Shown piece by piece: positions 10,568 to 21,483 of a stretch of 64,000 bases of DNA. Below the pieces are notes generated by a model. The model was not told the origin of the DNA and did not search any database. It was given only the letters and a program-made list of their open reading frames with translations. The position numbers were made by a program, and so were the translations under genes. The stretch comes from Desulfobulbaceae bacterium (GTDB taxonomy: Bacteria; Desulfobacterota; Desulfobulbia; Desulfobulbales; Desulfocapsaceae): NCBI GenBank assembly GCA_019163335.1, contig JAFLKM010000026.1, forward strand, positions 26,347 to 90,346, read 5' to 3'. Numbering within the stretch: the first letter of the stretch is position 1; each line of letters begins with the position of its first letter.

Positions 10568-10595
10568 TTTATAGCAGGCGGACCCCACTTGTCAA
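10568..10595 (-). promoter_or_regulatory. sigma70-type promoter of the dcw operon
   Basis: TTGACA-16 nt-TATAAA on the minus strand just upstream of the MraZ boxes. Confidence 0.7.
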
Positions 10596-10982
10596 GAATT
10601 TTCCAATGTTTATTAAAAACGGCTTCATTCAACAGGTTAAGAGAAAAAACCACTAGGGATTGTACCTCATATGGCGAAAACACGCAACAGAAGACACAAA
10701 TGGCAGATTGCAAATTTTTCCAGAAAACCGACGCCTCGCCCTGCTGCAGAGACATCCTGCTGAAATTACGACTTAAATATTTCAAATGTTTTTTTGGGAT
10801 TTTACAGGAAAAAAATGGAGAAAAGTGGGAGAAAAAAGGAGGGTATATTTGTATTGCAGAAATTTAGAGAGGCAGTCACTTTTCCCCGACACGCCACTCC
10901 TTGTCGGGAACACCACCACGCCCAAATTCCGTGGTGCTCAGTGGACCATCCGCGTCATCAGAAATCACTGAAAAGCGTTTGT

Positions 10983-11819
10983 TTATTTCATGATGGCAGC
11001 AAAATCAACCTGTGCGCTGAAGCTATGGGCGCTGTCAGGGAAGGTGCCATTGCGCACCTCCTCGGCATAGCGGGTCACATTTTCCCTGATCAGGGGGGAG
11101 AGACTGGTATAGGTCTTGATAAAGCTGGGGATAAACTTTTCAAACATCCCGAGAAGATCATTGGTCACCAGTACCTGACCGTCGCAATGGACACCGGCGC
11201 CTATGCCGATGGTGGGGATGACAAGTGCCTCCGTGATAAGCCGGGAGAGTTGCTCCGGGATACATTCCAGCACCAGACCAAAGGCCCCGGCTTCCTGAAT
11301 GCCCCTGGCCTGCGCCATCATCTTCCGGGCCGATTCCAGATCCCGCCCCTGCACCTTATACCCGCCAAGCTGGGAGGCCGTTTGCGGGGTCAGCCCGATA
11401 TGCCCCATAACCGGGATACCGGCTGCCACCATGGCGGAGACCGTGGCACAAATCTCCAGCCCACCTTCCACCTTCACCGCATCACATCCCGCTTCCTTGA
11501 GCAACCGGACACCATTCAAAATGGCGTCACGCACATCACTCTGATACGAACCGAAAGGCATGTCGACAATGACAAAGGCGCCCGGCGCGCCACGTCTGAC
11601 CGCAGCCGCGTGGTGAATCATCTCTTCCATGGTCACCGGTACGGTGGAGTCATACCCCAGCACCACCATGCCCAACGAATCCCCCACCAGAAGGACATCA
11701 ACCCCGCAGCCGGCAAGCATCGAAGCCATGGACGCATCGTAGGCGGTCAGCATCGTGATCTTTACCCCCGCCGCCTTCATGGCCGTGATCTCGGTCACAC
11801 TTTTTCTTTTCGTCATCAT
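10983..11819 (-). CDS. panB: 3-methyl-2-oxobutanoate hydroxymethyltransferase
   Basis: MLTAYD, LLVGDSLG, DMPFGSY, AVKVEGG, GHIGLTPQ, PTIGIGAG..DGQVLV. Confidence 0.98.
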   Translation of the reverse strand: MMTKRKSVTEITAMKAAGVKITMLTAYDASMASMLAGCGVDVLLVGDSLGMVVLGYDSTVPVTMEEMIHHAAAVRRGAPGAFVIVDMPFGSYQSDVRDAILNGVRLLKEAGCDAVKVEGGLEICATVSAMVAAGIPVMGHIGLTPQTASQLGGYKVQGRDLESARKMMAQARGIQEAGAFGLVLECIPEQLSRLITEALVIPTIGIGAGVHCDGQVLVTNDLLGMFEKFIPSFIKTYTSLSPLIRENVTRYAEEVRNGTFPDSAHSFSAQVDFAAIMK

Positions 11820-12887
11820 CTATTCTCCATCGCCAAGATCAAAAAGTGAGGACTGTCGACTGAGCCCTTTGGGCGGGGTTCGTTTAAAATGCTCATAGGC
11901 TCTCTTGGTCGCCATCCGCCCCCGGGGAGTCCGGGCCAGGAACCCGGACTGGATAAGAAAAGGCTCATAGACATCTTCCAAGGTGTTTTTCTCTTCGCAA
12001 ACCACCGTGGCCAGGGTCTCAAGACCGATGGGGCCGCCCTGGAAGATATCAATGATGGTCAGAATAATCCGCCGATCCATCTCATCGAGTCCGAAGGCAT
12101 CGACATTCAACAGGTTCAGGGCGGCATCCGCCACCTTGGCATCAATCACGGCATGATTCCCGACCTCGGCAAAATCTCGCACCCGCCTGAGCAGTCGATT
12201 GGCAATCCGCGGGGTACCCCGCGACCTGCGCCCAAGCTCCAGGGCGCCACCGGCGTCAATTCGCATCCCGAGAATCAGGGCCGAACGCTGGACAATAATC
12301 ACCAGCTCTTCCGGGGCATACAACTCAAGCCGGAGAACAACCCCAAAACGATCCCGCAGGGGTGGGGTGAGCAAGCCGGTTCGGGTTGTGGCTCCCACCA
12401 GGGTAAACCGGGGCAGATCCATGCGCACCGAGCGGGCGCCCGGCCCCTGCCCGATGATCAGATCAAGCTGATAATCCTCCATGGCCGGATAGAGAATCTC
12501 TTCGACGGCATGATTCAAGCGATGGATCTCATCAATAAAAAGAATATCCCCTTCCTGCAGGCTGGTGAGGATGGCGGCAAGATCTCCCTGCCGTTCAATC
12601 ACCGGGCCGGAAGTCACCTTGATCCCGGCATCCATTTCATTTGCAATAATATGGGACAGGGTGGTCTTGCCCAGACCCGGGAAGCCATGAAAGAGGACAT
12701 GGTCAAGGGGCTCTCCACGCCCCTTGGCGGCCCGGATAAAGATATCCAGACTCTTGCGCAGGGGCTCCTGACCGATATAATCAACCAACCGTTTTGGGCG
12801 GAGATCCTGCTCATGCGAGGGTTCACGCAGGACCGGACGCGGCGAGACCAGCCGTTCTTCTTCGCCTATTTCTTCCTCGATATTCAT
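11820..12887 (-). CDS. ruvB: Holliday junction helicase RuvB
   Basis: [47 protein letters not shown]. Confidence 0.98.
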   Translation of the reverse strand: MNIEEEIGEEERLVSPRPVLREPSHEQDLRPKRLVDYIGQEPLRKSLDIFIRAAKGRGEPLDHVLFHGFPGLGKTTLSHIIANEMDAGIKVTSGPVIERQGDLAAILTSLQEGDILFIDEIHRLNHAVEEILYPAMEDYQLDLIIGQGPGARSVRMDLPRFTLVGATTRTGLLTPPLRDRFGVVLRLELYAPEELVIIVQRSALILGMRIDAGGALELGRRSRGTPRIANRLLRRVRDFAEVGNHAVIDAKVADAALNLLNVDAFGLDEMDRRIILTIIDIFQGGPIGLETLATVVCEEKNTLEDVYEPFLIQSGFLARTPRGRMATKRAYEHFKRTPPKGLSRQSSLFDLGDGE

Positions 12888-13519
12888 GCCAGTGTCCGCA
12901 AGGTTTCCCGAATAAGTTCCTCAACCCGCATGGCCGAGAAGTCAGCATCTCCGACCCGCTTCTTCACCGTCGTCAGGGCCTGCCTGGCAACGGGATCAGG
13001 ATAGCCAAGATTGACCAGCGCCGACAGGGTATCGGCAACCGCACCGGATGATGCGGCCAGTGTCCGGGGTGCCGCTACTCCAGCCCCGTCCCCGCCCCCG
13101 GGCATCGTCCCCTGGAGATGGCCGACCTTATCCTTCAACTCCACACAAATTCGCTCGGCCGTTCGCTTGCCCACCCCCTGCAGGGTTGTCAAGCGGACAA
13201 TATCTTCTCCGACAATGGCCCGACACAGTTCCGCCACCCGCATCCCCGAGAGGATGGCCAGGCCAAGCTTCGGGCCAATACCCGAGACCGAGTTCAAGAT
13301 AAGAAACAACTCCTTCTCCTCCAGTTCCTGAAAACCAAAGAGAACAATCGCATCTTCACGAACATGGGTATGGATATAAAGGAACACCGGACTGTTGCAT
13401 TCAGGAAGACGGGCGACGCCGTCAGTGGAAAGGAAGACCTCATACCCCACCCCGTTCACATCAATGACGGCCCGGTCTGGTCCGGTCAACAGCACATTTC
13501 CTTTCAAGGTGGCAATCAT
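12884..13519 (-). CDS. ruvA: Holliday junction-binding protein RuvA
   Basis: [41 protein letters not shown]. Confidence 0.97.
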   Translation of the reverse strand: MIATLKGNVLLTGPDRAVIDVNGVGYEVFLSTDGVARLPECNSPVFLYIHTHVREDAIVLFGFQELEEKELFLILNSVSGIGPKLGLAILSGMRVAELCRAIVGEDIVRLTTLQGVGKRTAERICVELKDKVGHLQGTMPGGGDGAGVAAPRTLAASSGAVADTLSALVNLGYPDPVARQALTTVKKRVGDADFSAMRVEELIRETLRTLA

Positions 13520-13630
13520 TTTTCAGAGGGAAGAATAGAGGTTAAAGGCTGAAGTCGAAAGGTTGAAGATTGAAATGAACATGGAATGGCGGCGCATAGT
13601 GATCCTTGACGCCAGCCTTCAACCTTCCGC

Positions 13631-14110
13631 TTAAACACCTGCTTTCAGATGATGGGCATGGCAGATGGCCACCGCCAGGGCATCGGCGGCATCGGCGCTA
13701 GGTGCGGAGGAAAGACCCAGCAACACCCGGATCATGTGCTGCACCTGCACTTTTTCGGCCTGACCATAGCCCACCACAGATCGTTTCACTTTCTTGGCGC
13801 TGTAATCATGCACCCCCAGGCCGTTCTGCATGGCGGCTACCACCGCCGCCCCGCGGGCCTGCCCAAGCTTCAGGGCCGAGCTGGCATTGTTGGCCATGAA
13901 AACCTCTTCCACTGCCGCCACTTCCGGGCCATGGAGCTGAATGACCTCATTGATGCCATCAAAGATCTCATTGAGACGATTGGCAAAGGGAAATTGCGGT
14001 GTCGTCTTCACAACCCCGCAGGCAATAAAACGAATTCTGCCGGGTACGACCTCAATGACGCCGTACCCGGTAAGGCGGGAACCTGGATCAATACCAAGGA
14101 TACGGATCAT
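13631..14110 (-). CDS. ruvC: Crossover junction endodeoxyribonuclease RuvC
   Basis: ILGIDPGS..TGYG, LGQARG, GYGQAEK.QV, DAADALAVAICH. Confidence 0.97.
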   Translation of the reverse strand: MIRILGIDPGSRLTGYGVIEVVPGRIRFIACGVVKTTPQFPFANRLNEIFDGINEVIQLHGPEVAAVEEVFMANNASSALKLGQARGAAVVAAMQNGLGVHDYSAKKVKRSVVGYGQAEKVQVQHMIRVLLGLSSAPSADAADALAVAICHAHHLKAGV

Positions 14111-14177
14111 ACACAAAAGACGGCGAGCGGAAAGCCGACGCCTGAGCGGGGAGAACTTTCAAGATGACCATGATCAC

Positions 14178-14927
14178 TTACGACAGCTTCTCCATCAGAT
14201 CACTGTCAATGTCAAAATTGGAATGCACCTTTTGCACATCATCGTGATCCTCAAGGCTTTCCAGCAGCTTGAGCAGCGATATGGCCGTCTTCTCGTCCGT
14301 CACCTCGACGCTGTTCTGAGGAATCCTGGTAATCGCCGCCTCGATGAACTGGACCTTCTTGGACTCAAGGACGTTGTACACCTCGTCAAAGGCCTCAGGG
14401 CTGGTTATTACCTGAAACTCCTCGTCTTCCTCCACCACGTCTTCGGCTCCTGCCTCAAGGGCCATATCCATCAAGGCTTCCTCGCTCAGCCCCTTCTTTT
14501 CCACCTGAAGCAGCCCTTTCTTGTCAAACATCCAGGCGACACAACCGGCAGCGCCCAGGTTTCCATTATTCTTGGCAAAAAAATGACGAACATCAGCCAC
14601 GGTGCGGTTCCGGTTATCGGTCATGCACTCAACCAGTACTGCCACCCCGCCCGGCCCATAGCCCTCGTAAAGGATCTCGTCATACACCGCCCCTTCGATC
14701 TCGCCGGTTCCCTTCTTGATGGCCCGGAGGATATTATCTTTCGGCATATTCTCTGTTTTGGCCGAAGTGACGGCAGCCCGCAGCCGGGGATTCCCATCGG
14801 GATCGCCGCCGCCCATCCTGGCTGCAACGGTGATTTCCTTGATCAACCGGGTAAAGATCCTGCCCCGCTTTGCATCGGTTGCCCCTTTCTTATGTTTTAT
14901 TGTTGACCACTTGGAATGTCCTGACAT
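14178..14927 (-). CDS. yebC: YebC/PmpR family protein
   Basis: [43 protein letters not shown]; upstream of ruvCAB. Confidence 0.97.
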   Translation of the reverse strand: MSGHSKWSTIKHKKGATDAKRGRIFTRLIKEITVAARMGGGDPDGNPRLRAAVTSAKTENMPKDNILRAIKKGTGEIEGAVYDEILYEGYGPGGVAVLVECMTDNRNRTVADVRHFFAKNNGNLGAAGCVAWMFDKKGLLQVEKKGLSEEALMDMALEAGAEDVVEEDEEFQVITSPEAFDEVYNVLESKKVQFIEAAITRIPQNSVEVTDEKTAISLLKLLESLEDHDDVQKVHSNFDIDSDLMEKLS

Positions 14928-14952
14928 GATATCTTCCTGAAAAAGTTAATAA

Positions 14953-15034
14953 TAGACTAACCCCGATGAACGGGACAAGTGCCTTTCGCAGATCAATCTC
15001 TTTAAAAACAAGGAATTAATCTGTAAGTCACTAA
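14953..15034 (+). repeat. Two-hairpin interspersed repeat, copy A
   Basis: tagactaaCCCCGATGAACGGGacaAGTGCCTTtcGCAGAT...ATCTGTAAGtCACTaa; homologous to 15051, 33483 and 55499. Confidence 0.85.
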
Positions 15035-15050
15035 CGATTGAAGAAAAAAT

Positions 15051-15105
15051 TAGCCCCCGATAAACGGGGATAAATGCCTTACAGAATAGTAAGGCACTAA
15101 AAAGA
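15051..15105 (+). repeat. Two-hairpin interspersed repeat, copy B (short form, tandem with A)
   Basis: tagcCCCCGataaaCGGGGataaaTGCCTTACagaataGTAAGGCActaaaaaga. Confidence 0.75.
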
Positions 15106-15118
15106 CCGGACGGAAGGG

Positions 15119-15784
15119 TTAGGCCTCTAAAACTGGAATAGGCTCAACCGCCCCAGACTCCTGATTGTCCTGAACCAGGCCCCCTCTTCCCTTTCTAAAG
15201 TTCAGCCCCAGAACAAAGACCTCCCGACTCTCGGTGCGGGAGCTCTTGGGTTTAATCACCTGAACCTGCTCAAACCTGGCCTGAACCTCACGCACAAAGG
15301 AAGGGAAATCCTCTCCCTGAAAGGCCTTACAGAGGAAATGTCCCTTCTCATGGAGCAGGATCTCGGTCAAATCCAGGGTTTGGCGAACCAGATTGAGCGA
15401 TTGCTGATGATCCGCCCAGCGATTGCCTGTGGTTTTCGGGGCCAGATCAGAGAGCAGAACTTTGAATGCCGGCCGGATTTTACGCAGCTGCACCACAAGC
15501 TCCGGGTCCATAATATCGGCCACGATCCACTGAATGGGGGCACCACCGGGCCGGGAGGATGTCGCTGTCTCCTGAAGATCAACACCCACGACTAACCCGG
15601 TTTCTCCGACAACCTCCGAGGCATACAGAGACCAGCTTCCCGGACAGCAGCCCAGATCCAGCACCGCATCGCCCCGCCGCAGAAAATGATATTTCTTCTG
15701 CACCTCTTCGAGCTTGTAGATGGAACGAGCCGGATACTTATCCTTCTTGGCCTTTTGATAATAAAAGTCTTTTACTTTACGCAT
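15119..15784 (-). CDS. rlmE: 23S rRNA Um2552 methyltransferase RlmE (FtsJ)
   Basis: YPARSIYKL, VLDLGCCPGSW, LSDLAP, KAFQG, KPKSSRTESREVF. Confidence 0.95.
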   Translation of the reverse strand: MRKVKDFYYQKAKKDKYPARSIYKLEEVQKKYHFLRRGDAVLDLGCCPGSWSLYASEVVGETGLVVGVDLQETATSSRPGGAPIQWIVADIMDPELVVQLRKIRPAFKVLLSDLAPKTTGNRWADHQQSLNLVRQTLDLTEILLHEKGHFLCKAFQGEDFPSFVREVQARFEQVQVIKPKSSRTESREVFVLGLNFRKGRGGLVQDNQESGAVEPIPVLEA

Positions 15785-15907
15785 TTTTACCCATGAATTT
15801 TCTCGCCACTTTATTCCATTTATCCCGCTTTGACAAGGCGGAAATCAGTGATATGCAGGTGAACAACCCTGCCCGATCAGGCTCTAAGCCCTACTGTTTC
15901 AGCCATT

Positions 15908-17398
15908 TCACATATCTGACAAATACTGTTGCACCCATCGCAGGGCATCTTCCCTGGACGTAACCGCACCTTCCACCCGGGCCAGCTCCAGGGCCTCCAG
16001 AATGTTTGCAAACAACGGCCCCGGCGACAGGGAGAACGATGCAATCAGATCCTCGCCACTCAACAGACGCGGGCCATGCAAGGCAGGCTGGATATACTGC
16101 GTCTGAATCTCAAGGATCTCAGCCAGCAACCCGGACAACTCCGCCTCAAGACCGGGCGGCTTTTTTTCTCCCTTCCCCGCCAGGCTGTCGGCCATGGCCA
16201 GAAGAAAGAGGCCGATCAGATCATCCCCTGCCTTTTTACAAAGATGCAGACAGGCCTTACGGCTCAAAGGCCCATCCCTGCGGACATTGCAGAGATGAAA
16301 GGGCTGCATGTGCATGGCAATCAGGCCGGCCACCCGCTCCCGGTTCTCCTTCCCCCACCTCCATTGCCGTCCCAGTTGCAGGACCATGTCACGACCGGTC
16401 TGGTCATGACCATAAAAGGTGACCCGCCCCCCCTTATCCTCCCGGATGGCCATGGTCACCGGCTTGCCCAGGTCGTGGAGCAGCGCCGCCCATTTCAAGC
16501 GCGACTGTATCCCCGGCCGGGCAAGATATTCCCCGATTTCCGCCGCACTCTCCGGATAAAACCGGGGGGGCTCGGCGAGGATCTCCTCCATGAATCCAAG
16601 GGCTGCCAGGCTGTGGTGAAAGACATCGAGATGATGAAACCCCGGCTGCTCCATGCCCACACCGTGGGCAAGATCGGGGATAAGATGCCACAGGAGTCCG
16701 CTTGCCGCCATCTCTTTAATCACCGCATGGGCTCGCCCGGTGGCCATGATCAGATCCAGTTCATAGGTTATCCGCTCCGCCGCAGCCCGACTAATCAGCC
16801 CTGCCTGACCAGCGATTTCAGCCCGTGTCGCCTCGTCAAGGGTAAAGCCGAGGGTGGCACTGAGCCGATAGCCACGCAGCATCCGGAGAGGGTCGTCCAC
16901 AAAAGCCTGTGGACAGGCCCGTAAAACCTTGCGATGAAGGTCAGAGACACCATGCAGGGGATCGATCAAAAGCGGGACGACAGATTCATCGAGCAGGGCA
17001 GCCAGTGCAACACCGATACTGTTGACCGTAAAATCACGACGCCCAAGATCTGCCTCAATGGTCCGGGCACCGAGGCGAAAACCGGAAAAATCAATATCCA
17101 TGCCCTTCCACACCACCCGACCGGTATCATCTTCTGCGCAGCCAAGGGGCACAAAGGTACCGCCCTTCAGCTCGGCAATCAAGCCCCGGCAACAGGCAGC
17201 AGCGTCATGGGCCACGGTGATGTCGAGATCGCCAGGCACCCTGCCCAGCAACCAGTCGCGCACCGTGCCGCCGACCACATACAACTCCCGGCCCTGCCTT
17301 TCCGCCATCCGCAAAAGCGCTCTCACCAGCCGTTCAGGGTAGTCTTTCAGCCTTCCAGACAGCAAGGCCGGATCATCACAGCGTTGCATCGTCATCAA
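15908..17398 (-). CDS. Class II tRNA nucleotidyltransferase with HD domain (probably CC-adding type)
   Basis: VGGTVRD, DLDI, RRDFTVN, DDPLRMLR, ERITYEL, ALLHDLGK; flexible loop before motif B is absent. Confidence 0.85.
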   Translation of the reverse strand: MMTMQRCDDPALLSGRLKDYPERLVRALLRMAERQGRELYVVGGTVRDWLLGRVPGDLDITVAHDAAACCRGLIAELKGGTFVPLGCAEDDTGRVVWKGMDIDFSGFRLGARTIEADLGRRDFTVNSIGVALAALLDESVVPLLIDPLHGVSDLHRKVLRACPQAFVDDPLRMLRGYRLSATLGFTLDEATRAEIAGQAGLISRAAAERITYELDLIMATGRAHAVIKEMAASGLLWHLIPDLAHGVGMEQPGFHHLDVFHHSLAALGFMEEILAEPPRFYPESAAEIGEYLARPGIQSRLKWAALLHDLGKPVTMAIREDKGGRVTFYGHDQTGRDMVLQLGRQWRWGKENRERVAGLIAMHMQPFHLCNVRRDGPLSRKACLHLCKKAGDDLIGLFLLAMADSLAGKGEKKPPGLEAELSGLLAEILEIQTQYIQPALHGPRLLSGEDLIASFSLSPGPLFANILEALELARVEGAVTSREDALRWVQQYLSDM

Positions 17399-17505
17399 AA
17401 GCTCTTTCTTCTTTCATCTGTCACGACTTTCGTTTATTGTATGCCCCCAGAAACATATGCGATATTAACCACTAAGAATGCACTATTTACCACATCGACA
17501 GCAAT

Positions 17506-18057
17506 ATGGATAGTCCCACCGGGCGCATGATCAGGATCGGCAACACCTCCATTGGCCTGATCGGCCTCGATGTTGCCATCAATCAGGCCATTGCCGCCAA
17601 AATGACCGTCCACGAGGCCGCTTGCGCCATATTTACGGCGGTCAAGGAACGCAACTATATTCCCGCCGCCATGGTCGAAAGATACCAAACGGCCATAGCC
17701 CAGGAATATTCCCGCCTAACCGGTCTTACGGATGAGCGGCATGAAGGGTTGGTCATCCGTATCCTCGGCAGCGGCTGCATCAGCTGTAATGGCCTGCAAA
17801 CCATGGTCATTGACGCCATGGAACGGGCCGGAATCGCCGCCGACATCGAGCAGATCCATGACCGCGATGAAATCGGCCGCCTGGGCGTCACCGCCACCCC
17901 AGCCCTGATGATCAATGGCCAGGTCAAGATCGCCGGTCTCAAGCCCAGCCTGGCGCAGGTGGAAGGATGGATTCGGGAAGTTGCCTCTGCGCCGGTCACT
18001 CCTCTTCCATCCCGGGAACCAGTAACACCAGGGTCGCTCGACGACCCGACGAAATGA
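17506..18057 (+). CDS. Thioredoxin-fold (small redox-active disulfide type) protein with an extra N-terminal domain
   Basis: IRILGSGCISC CxxC, GVTATPALMING cis-Pro loop; stop lies 6 nt before the next gene. Confidence 0.8.
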   Translation: MDSPTGRMIRIGNTSIGLIGLDVAINQAIAAKMTVHEAACAIFTAVKERNYIPAAMVERYQTAIAQEYSRLTGLTDERHEGLVIRILGSGCISCNGLQTMVIDAMERAGIAADIEQIHDRDEIGRLGVTATPALMINGQVKIAGLKPSLAQVEGWIREVASAPVTPLPSREPVTPGSLDDPTK

Positions 18058-18063
18058 GCGCCA

Positions 18064-19008
18064 ATGGCTGAGCCCCCTTTTCTCATCCTTGCGCCGATTC
18101 GCGGGATCACCGACTGCCTGTTTCGCACCCTCTTCCAACACCATTTCGGCGGTGTTGATGAGGCCGTCGCCCCCTTTCTCAACCCGCAGCCGCACGCAAA
18201 CATTGATCTGAGGCAACTCCATGACCTGCTGCCCGAGCAGAACAGGGCCCTGCCGGTGGTGCCGCAGTTTCTCCATACCAACCCGGAAGGCCTGCTCGCC
18301 CTGGGGCAACGGCTCCATGACCTGGGTTATACCCGGATCAACTGGAACCTGGGCTGTCCGGCCCCCATGGTTACCCGCAAACGACGCGGCTCGGGCCTGT
18401 TGCCCTACCCCGACGCCATTTGCGCCTTCCTCGATGTCGTTCTGCCCCGGATGCCCCTGCAACTCTCGATCAAGACCCGGCTGGGGCTGAACCATCCGGA
18501 TGAACTGGCAGCACTTTTACCCCGGCTCAACGACTATCCGCTCTCCGAAATCATCATCCATACCCGGCTGGGCAAACAGCTCTACCGGGGCGCAACCGAT
18601 CCCGAGCGCTTCGGCCAAAGCCTGACCCTGAGCCGGCATCCGCTCGTCTATAACGGCGATATCACCGACCTTGAAAGCTGGAACCGCCTGCGCCGGCAAT
18701 TCCCCACGGTTCAGCGCTGGATGATCGGCCGAGGCCTCCTGGCCGACCCATTTCTGGCCAGAACCATTAAGGGCGAGCTGTTCAATCCCGAACAGCGTCT
18801 ATCCATGCTCATGGCCTTTCACCAGGAACTCTTTACCAGCTACAAACAGGTGCTTGCCGGCCCCAGCCATCTGCTTGGCCGGATGAAGCAGATATGGTTT
18901 TATCTTGCCGCATCCTTTCCAGACCAGGATAAACTCTGGAAAAAAATAAAAAAGGCCGGTACCGAAGAACGCTATCTCGCCGCCATTGACGGGGCTTTTC
19001 GGCAATAA
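18064..19008 (+). CDS. tRNA-dihydrouridine synthase (Dus) family protein
   Basis: [42 protein letters not shown]. Confidence 0.9.
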   Translation: MAEPPFLILAPIRGITDCLFRTLFQHHFGGVDEAVAPFLNPQPHANIDLRQLHDLLPEQNRALPVVPQFLHTNPEGLLALGQRLHDLGYTRINWNLGCPAPMVTRKRRGSGLLPYPDAICAFLDVVLPRMPLQLSIKTRLGLNHPDELAALLPRLNDYPLSEIIIHTRLGKQLYRGATDPERFGQSLTLSRHPLVYNGDITDLESWNRLRRQFPTVQRWMIGRGLLADPFLARTIKGELFNPEQRLSMLMAFHQELFTSYKQVLAGPSHLLGRMKQIWFYLAASFPDQDKLWKKIKKAGTEERYLAAIDGAFRQ

Positions 19009-19070
19009 TAAAATCGTCCATTTTTCAGCCAGAACCTCGCCTTCCCAACAACATTCATTCTCTTGACATC

Positions 19071-20417
19071 ATGCAAAACACCAAACAGATCCAGATCATC
19101 GGCGGCGGACTCGCCGGCTGCGAGGCGGCCTGGCAGGCGGCACAACGCGGCTGCCCCGTCCGCCTCTACGATATGAAACCGCACCGCTTCAGTCCGGCCC
19201 ACTCCTCGCCCCTCCTGGCCGAGATGGTTTGCAGCAATTCGCTGCGGGCAAGCGGCCAGCACTCGGCAGTCGGACTGTTAAAAGAAGAAATGCGCCGCCT
19301 TGACTCCCTGCTTATGCGGGTAGCCACGGAAACGGCTGTTCCCGCCGGGAGAGCGCTTGCGGTCAACCGCGAACTTTTTTCGCAAGCCGTCACTGAGCAC
19401 CTGGAGCAGCACCCCCTGGTGGAGATTGTGCGACAGGAACTCACCGAGATCCCTGCGCCTGGCGAAGCCCCGATTATCCTGGCCACCGGGCCGCTCACCT
19501 CCGAGCCCATGGCCGAATCCCTGATCCAACTGACCGGCCGCGACCGTCTGGCTTTTTATGATGCCATCGCCCCCATCGTCCATGCCGAATCTCTGGACAT
19601 GGATATAGTCTATCTGAAGTCACGCTACGAAGATGGTCCCGGCGATTACCTGAACTGCCCGATGAACAAGGACGAGTATATGGCGTTTATCGCGGCTTTG
19701 AAGGAAGGGGACACGGTCCCCTTAAAGGATTTTGAGGAGGTCAAATATTTTGAAGGCTGTCTGCCCATTGAGATCATGGTGGCCCGGGGCGACAACACCT
19801 TGCGATTTGGCCCGATGAAACCGGTGGGCCTCGATGACCCGCGCACCGGTCGCTGGCCTTACGCCGTAGTGCAGTTACGCAAGGAAAACAAACAGGGAAG
19901 CCTGTATAACCTGGTGGGCTTTCAGACCAAGCTCACCTACCCGGAACAAAAACGAATCTTCCGCAGGATCCCGGGGCTGGCCCAGGCCGACTTTGCCCGC
20001 CTGGGCTCCATCCATCGCAACACCTTTGTCTGCGCGCCATTGCTGCTTGAGCCCACCCTGCAAGTCAAGACACGGCCGGATCTGTTTTTGGCCGGACAGC
20101 TTTCAGGGGTGGAAGGCTATGTGGAATCCACGGCCATGGGACTCCTGGCCGGAATCAACGCGAGCAGGATGCACCAGGGCAAACCTCTGTTAGTGCCACC
20201 CCCGGAAACGGCCATGGGCTCGCTTATCACCCACCTGACCCAATCAGATTCCGCCCATTTTCAACCCTCCAACGTCACCTTCGGGCTGTTCCCGGAGCTT
20301 GCACCACCCACCCCCGTTGAAGGGAAAAAACCGCAGAAGCTTTCTAAACAGCAACGCGGTGAATTCAGGGCCAGCGTGGCGCTCAAGGCCCTGGAAGAGT
20401 GGATCAGCAAGGCTTAA
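19071..20417 (+). CDS. trmFO: Folate/FAD-dependent tRNA m5U54 methyltransferase
   Basis: [65 protein letters not shown]. Confidence 0.97.
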   Translation: MQNTKQIQIIGGGLAGCEAAWQAAQRGCPVRLYDMKPHRFSPAHSSPLLAEMVCSNSLRASGQHSAVGLLKEEMRRLDSLLMRVATETAVPAGRALAVNRELFSQAVTEHLEQHPLVEIVRQELTEIPAPGEAPIILATGPLTSEPMAESLIQLTGRDRLAFYDAIAPIVHAESLDMDIVYLKSRYEDGPGDYLNCPMNKDEYMAFIAALKEGDTVPLKDFEEVKYFEGCLPIEIMVARGDNTLRFGPMKPVGLDDPRTGRWPYAVVQLRKENKQGSLYNLVGFQTKLTYPEQKRIFRRIPGLAQADFARLGSIHRNTFVCAPLLLEPTLQVKTRPDLFLAGQLSGVEGYVESTAMGLLAGINASRMHQGKPLLVPPPETAMGSLITHLTQSDSAHFQPSNVTFGLFPELAPPTPVEGKKPQKLSKQQRGEFRASVALKALEEWISKA

Positions 20418-20643
20418 TAAACTCCATCCCCTTTTGATGACGCGGCATTTTCTGGCAAAACTGAATCTGCCATTTATAACCGTACCTTCACGATCCCTTT
20501 CATATCTTGGTTTCGCAATTATTGCTAATAGTAGATTTAAGTTAGCTCTGAGCTCTGGCTACTTTTATCACTCTCAGCTCAATCCAGTGTTTGTGATAGA
20601 ATCATCATGCTTCATAGGTTAGACGTCAATATACCGCCTCGTT

Positions 20644-21483
20644 TCATAGCCGCACGTACCATGACCGGCCAGAAGAATCTATCACAAACCCCGGGACTCC
20701 GAGATGCAGCGGCTCGTTCTGTTGCTTAACTACTATCGTCCCGCCGCTCGGCAGGTAAAGTTTCCGTATCCAGACATCCCTGTACGCGTCTGTGTGCGTA
20801 ATCGATTGGCCGAACCTATCCTCCTCCCCGTAGTCTCTGGTTTCCGTTCGACCCTCAACATGAATGTCGGCAATAGCTTTTATCCTTCCACCGGAGTACG
20901 CAGGATCGACTTCTTTGCGGTATAAGGCGTCGTAGAATTCTGCGCGGTCTGTGGTTTCTTGCACTTCCACGCGGTATATGGCGTCGTACTCTGGTTTCTC
21001 GAAAAAGTGCCCGACGACCGGGACACCGAAGTGGATAACGTACATGTTCTTCTCACAGATAAACAGGAAGAAGCAGAACGCCAGACAACCCAGTACCAGA
21101 GTCGTTACTTTCCTCTTTCTGTAAAACTCGACGGACGCCGAAAAGACGAGCATACTGAGAAGAAAGGCGACCAAGCCGGAGAACATATAGAAACCGAAGA
21201 CATGCCCGGATGCAAGCGTTCGATGCCCGATCCACAATATCCAGAAGACGCGCCCCCAATCTCCTGATTCGACACATTCGTAGAACAGTGCTCCTCTGTC
21301 CTCTCCCGGTTTACGAACCCGATTCCGAAGAAGAACTCCCTGCCACACCAGGAGACAAATTGGTGCAAGGACGAAGATTATTCGGAGGCTGGAATCAACG
21401 GCCAATATCGCAGAATAGCCGAACAACTTGACGACAATGTACCCACCTATGGTCCAATTCAGGACTTTCGCGCTGTCTCTCAT
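20644..21483 (-). CDS. Hypothetical multi-pass membrane protein with a soluble C-terminal domain
   Basis: 279-aa ORF with 4-5 hydrophobic segments; no family recognised. Confidence 0.6.
   Translation of the reverse strand: MRDSAKVLNWTIGGYIVVKLFGYSAILAVDSSLRIIFVLAPICLLVWQGVLLRNRVRKPGEDRGALFYECVESGDWGRVFWILWIGHRTLASGHVFGFYMFSGLVAFLLSMLVFSASVEFYRKRKVTTLVLGCLAFCFFLFICEKNMYVIHFGVPVVGHFFEKPEYDAIYRVEVQETTDRAEFYDALYRKEVDPAYSGGRIKAIADIHVEGRTETRDYGEEDRFGQSITHTDAYRDVWIRKLYLPSGGTIVVKQQNEPLHLGVPGFVIDSSGRSWYVRL

Noticed and set aside
10794..14906. Long + strand ORFs (10794-11849, 11889-13004, 13941-14906)
   Set aside because: Antisense shadows of panB, ruvB and yebC/ruvC with no motifs. The same applies to 15929-16924, 23330-24313, 48089-49219, 52173-53111 and 62581-63738.
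14953..15105. Repeat element as a riboswitch (e.g. c-di-GMP-I/GEMM)
   Set aside because: Lacks the GEMM consensus and occurs in both orientations relative to downstream genes.
20626..20646. Selenocysteine readthrough of the orphan gene's TGA
   Set aside because: No SECIS-like hairpin or redox motif context; a plain or premature stop is simpler.
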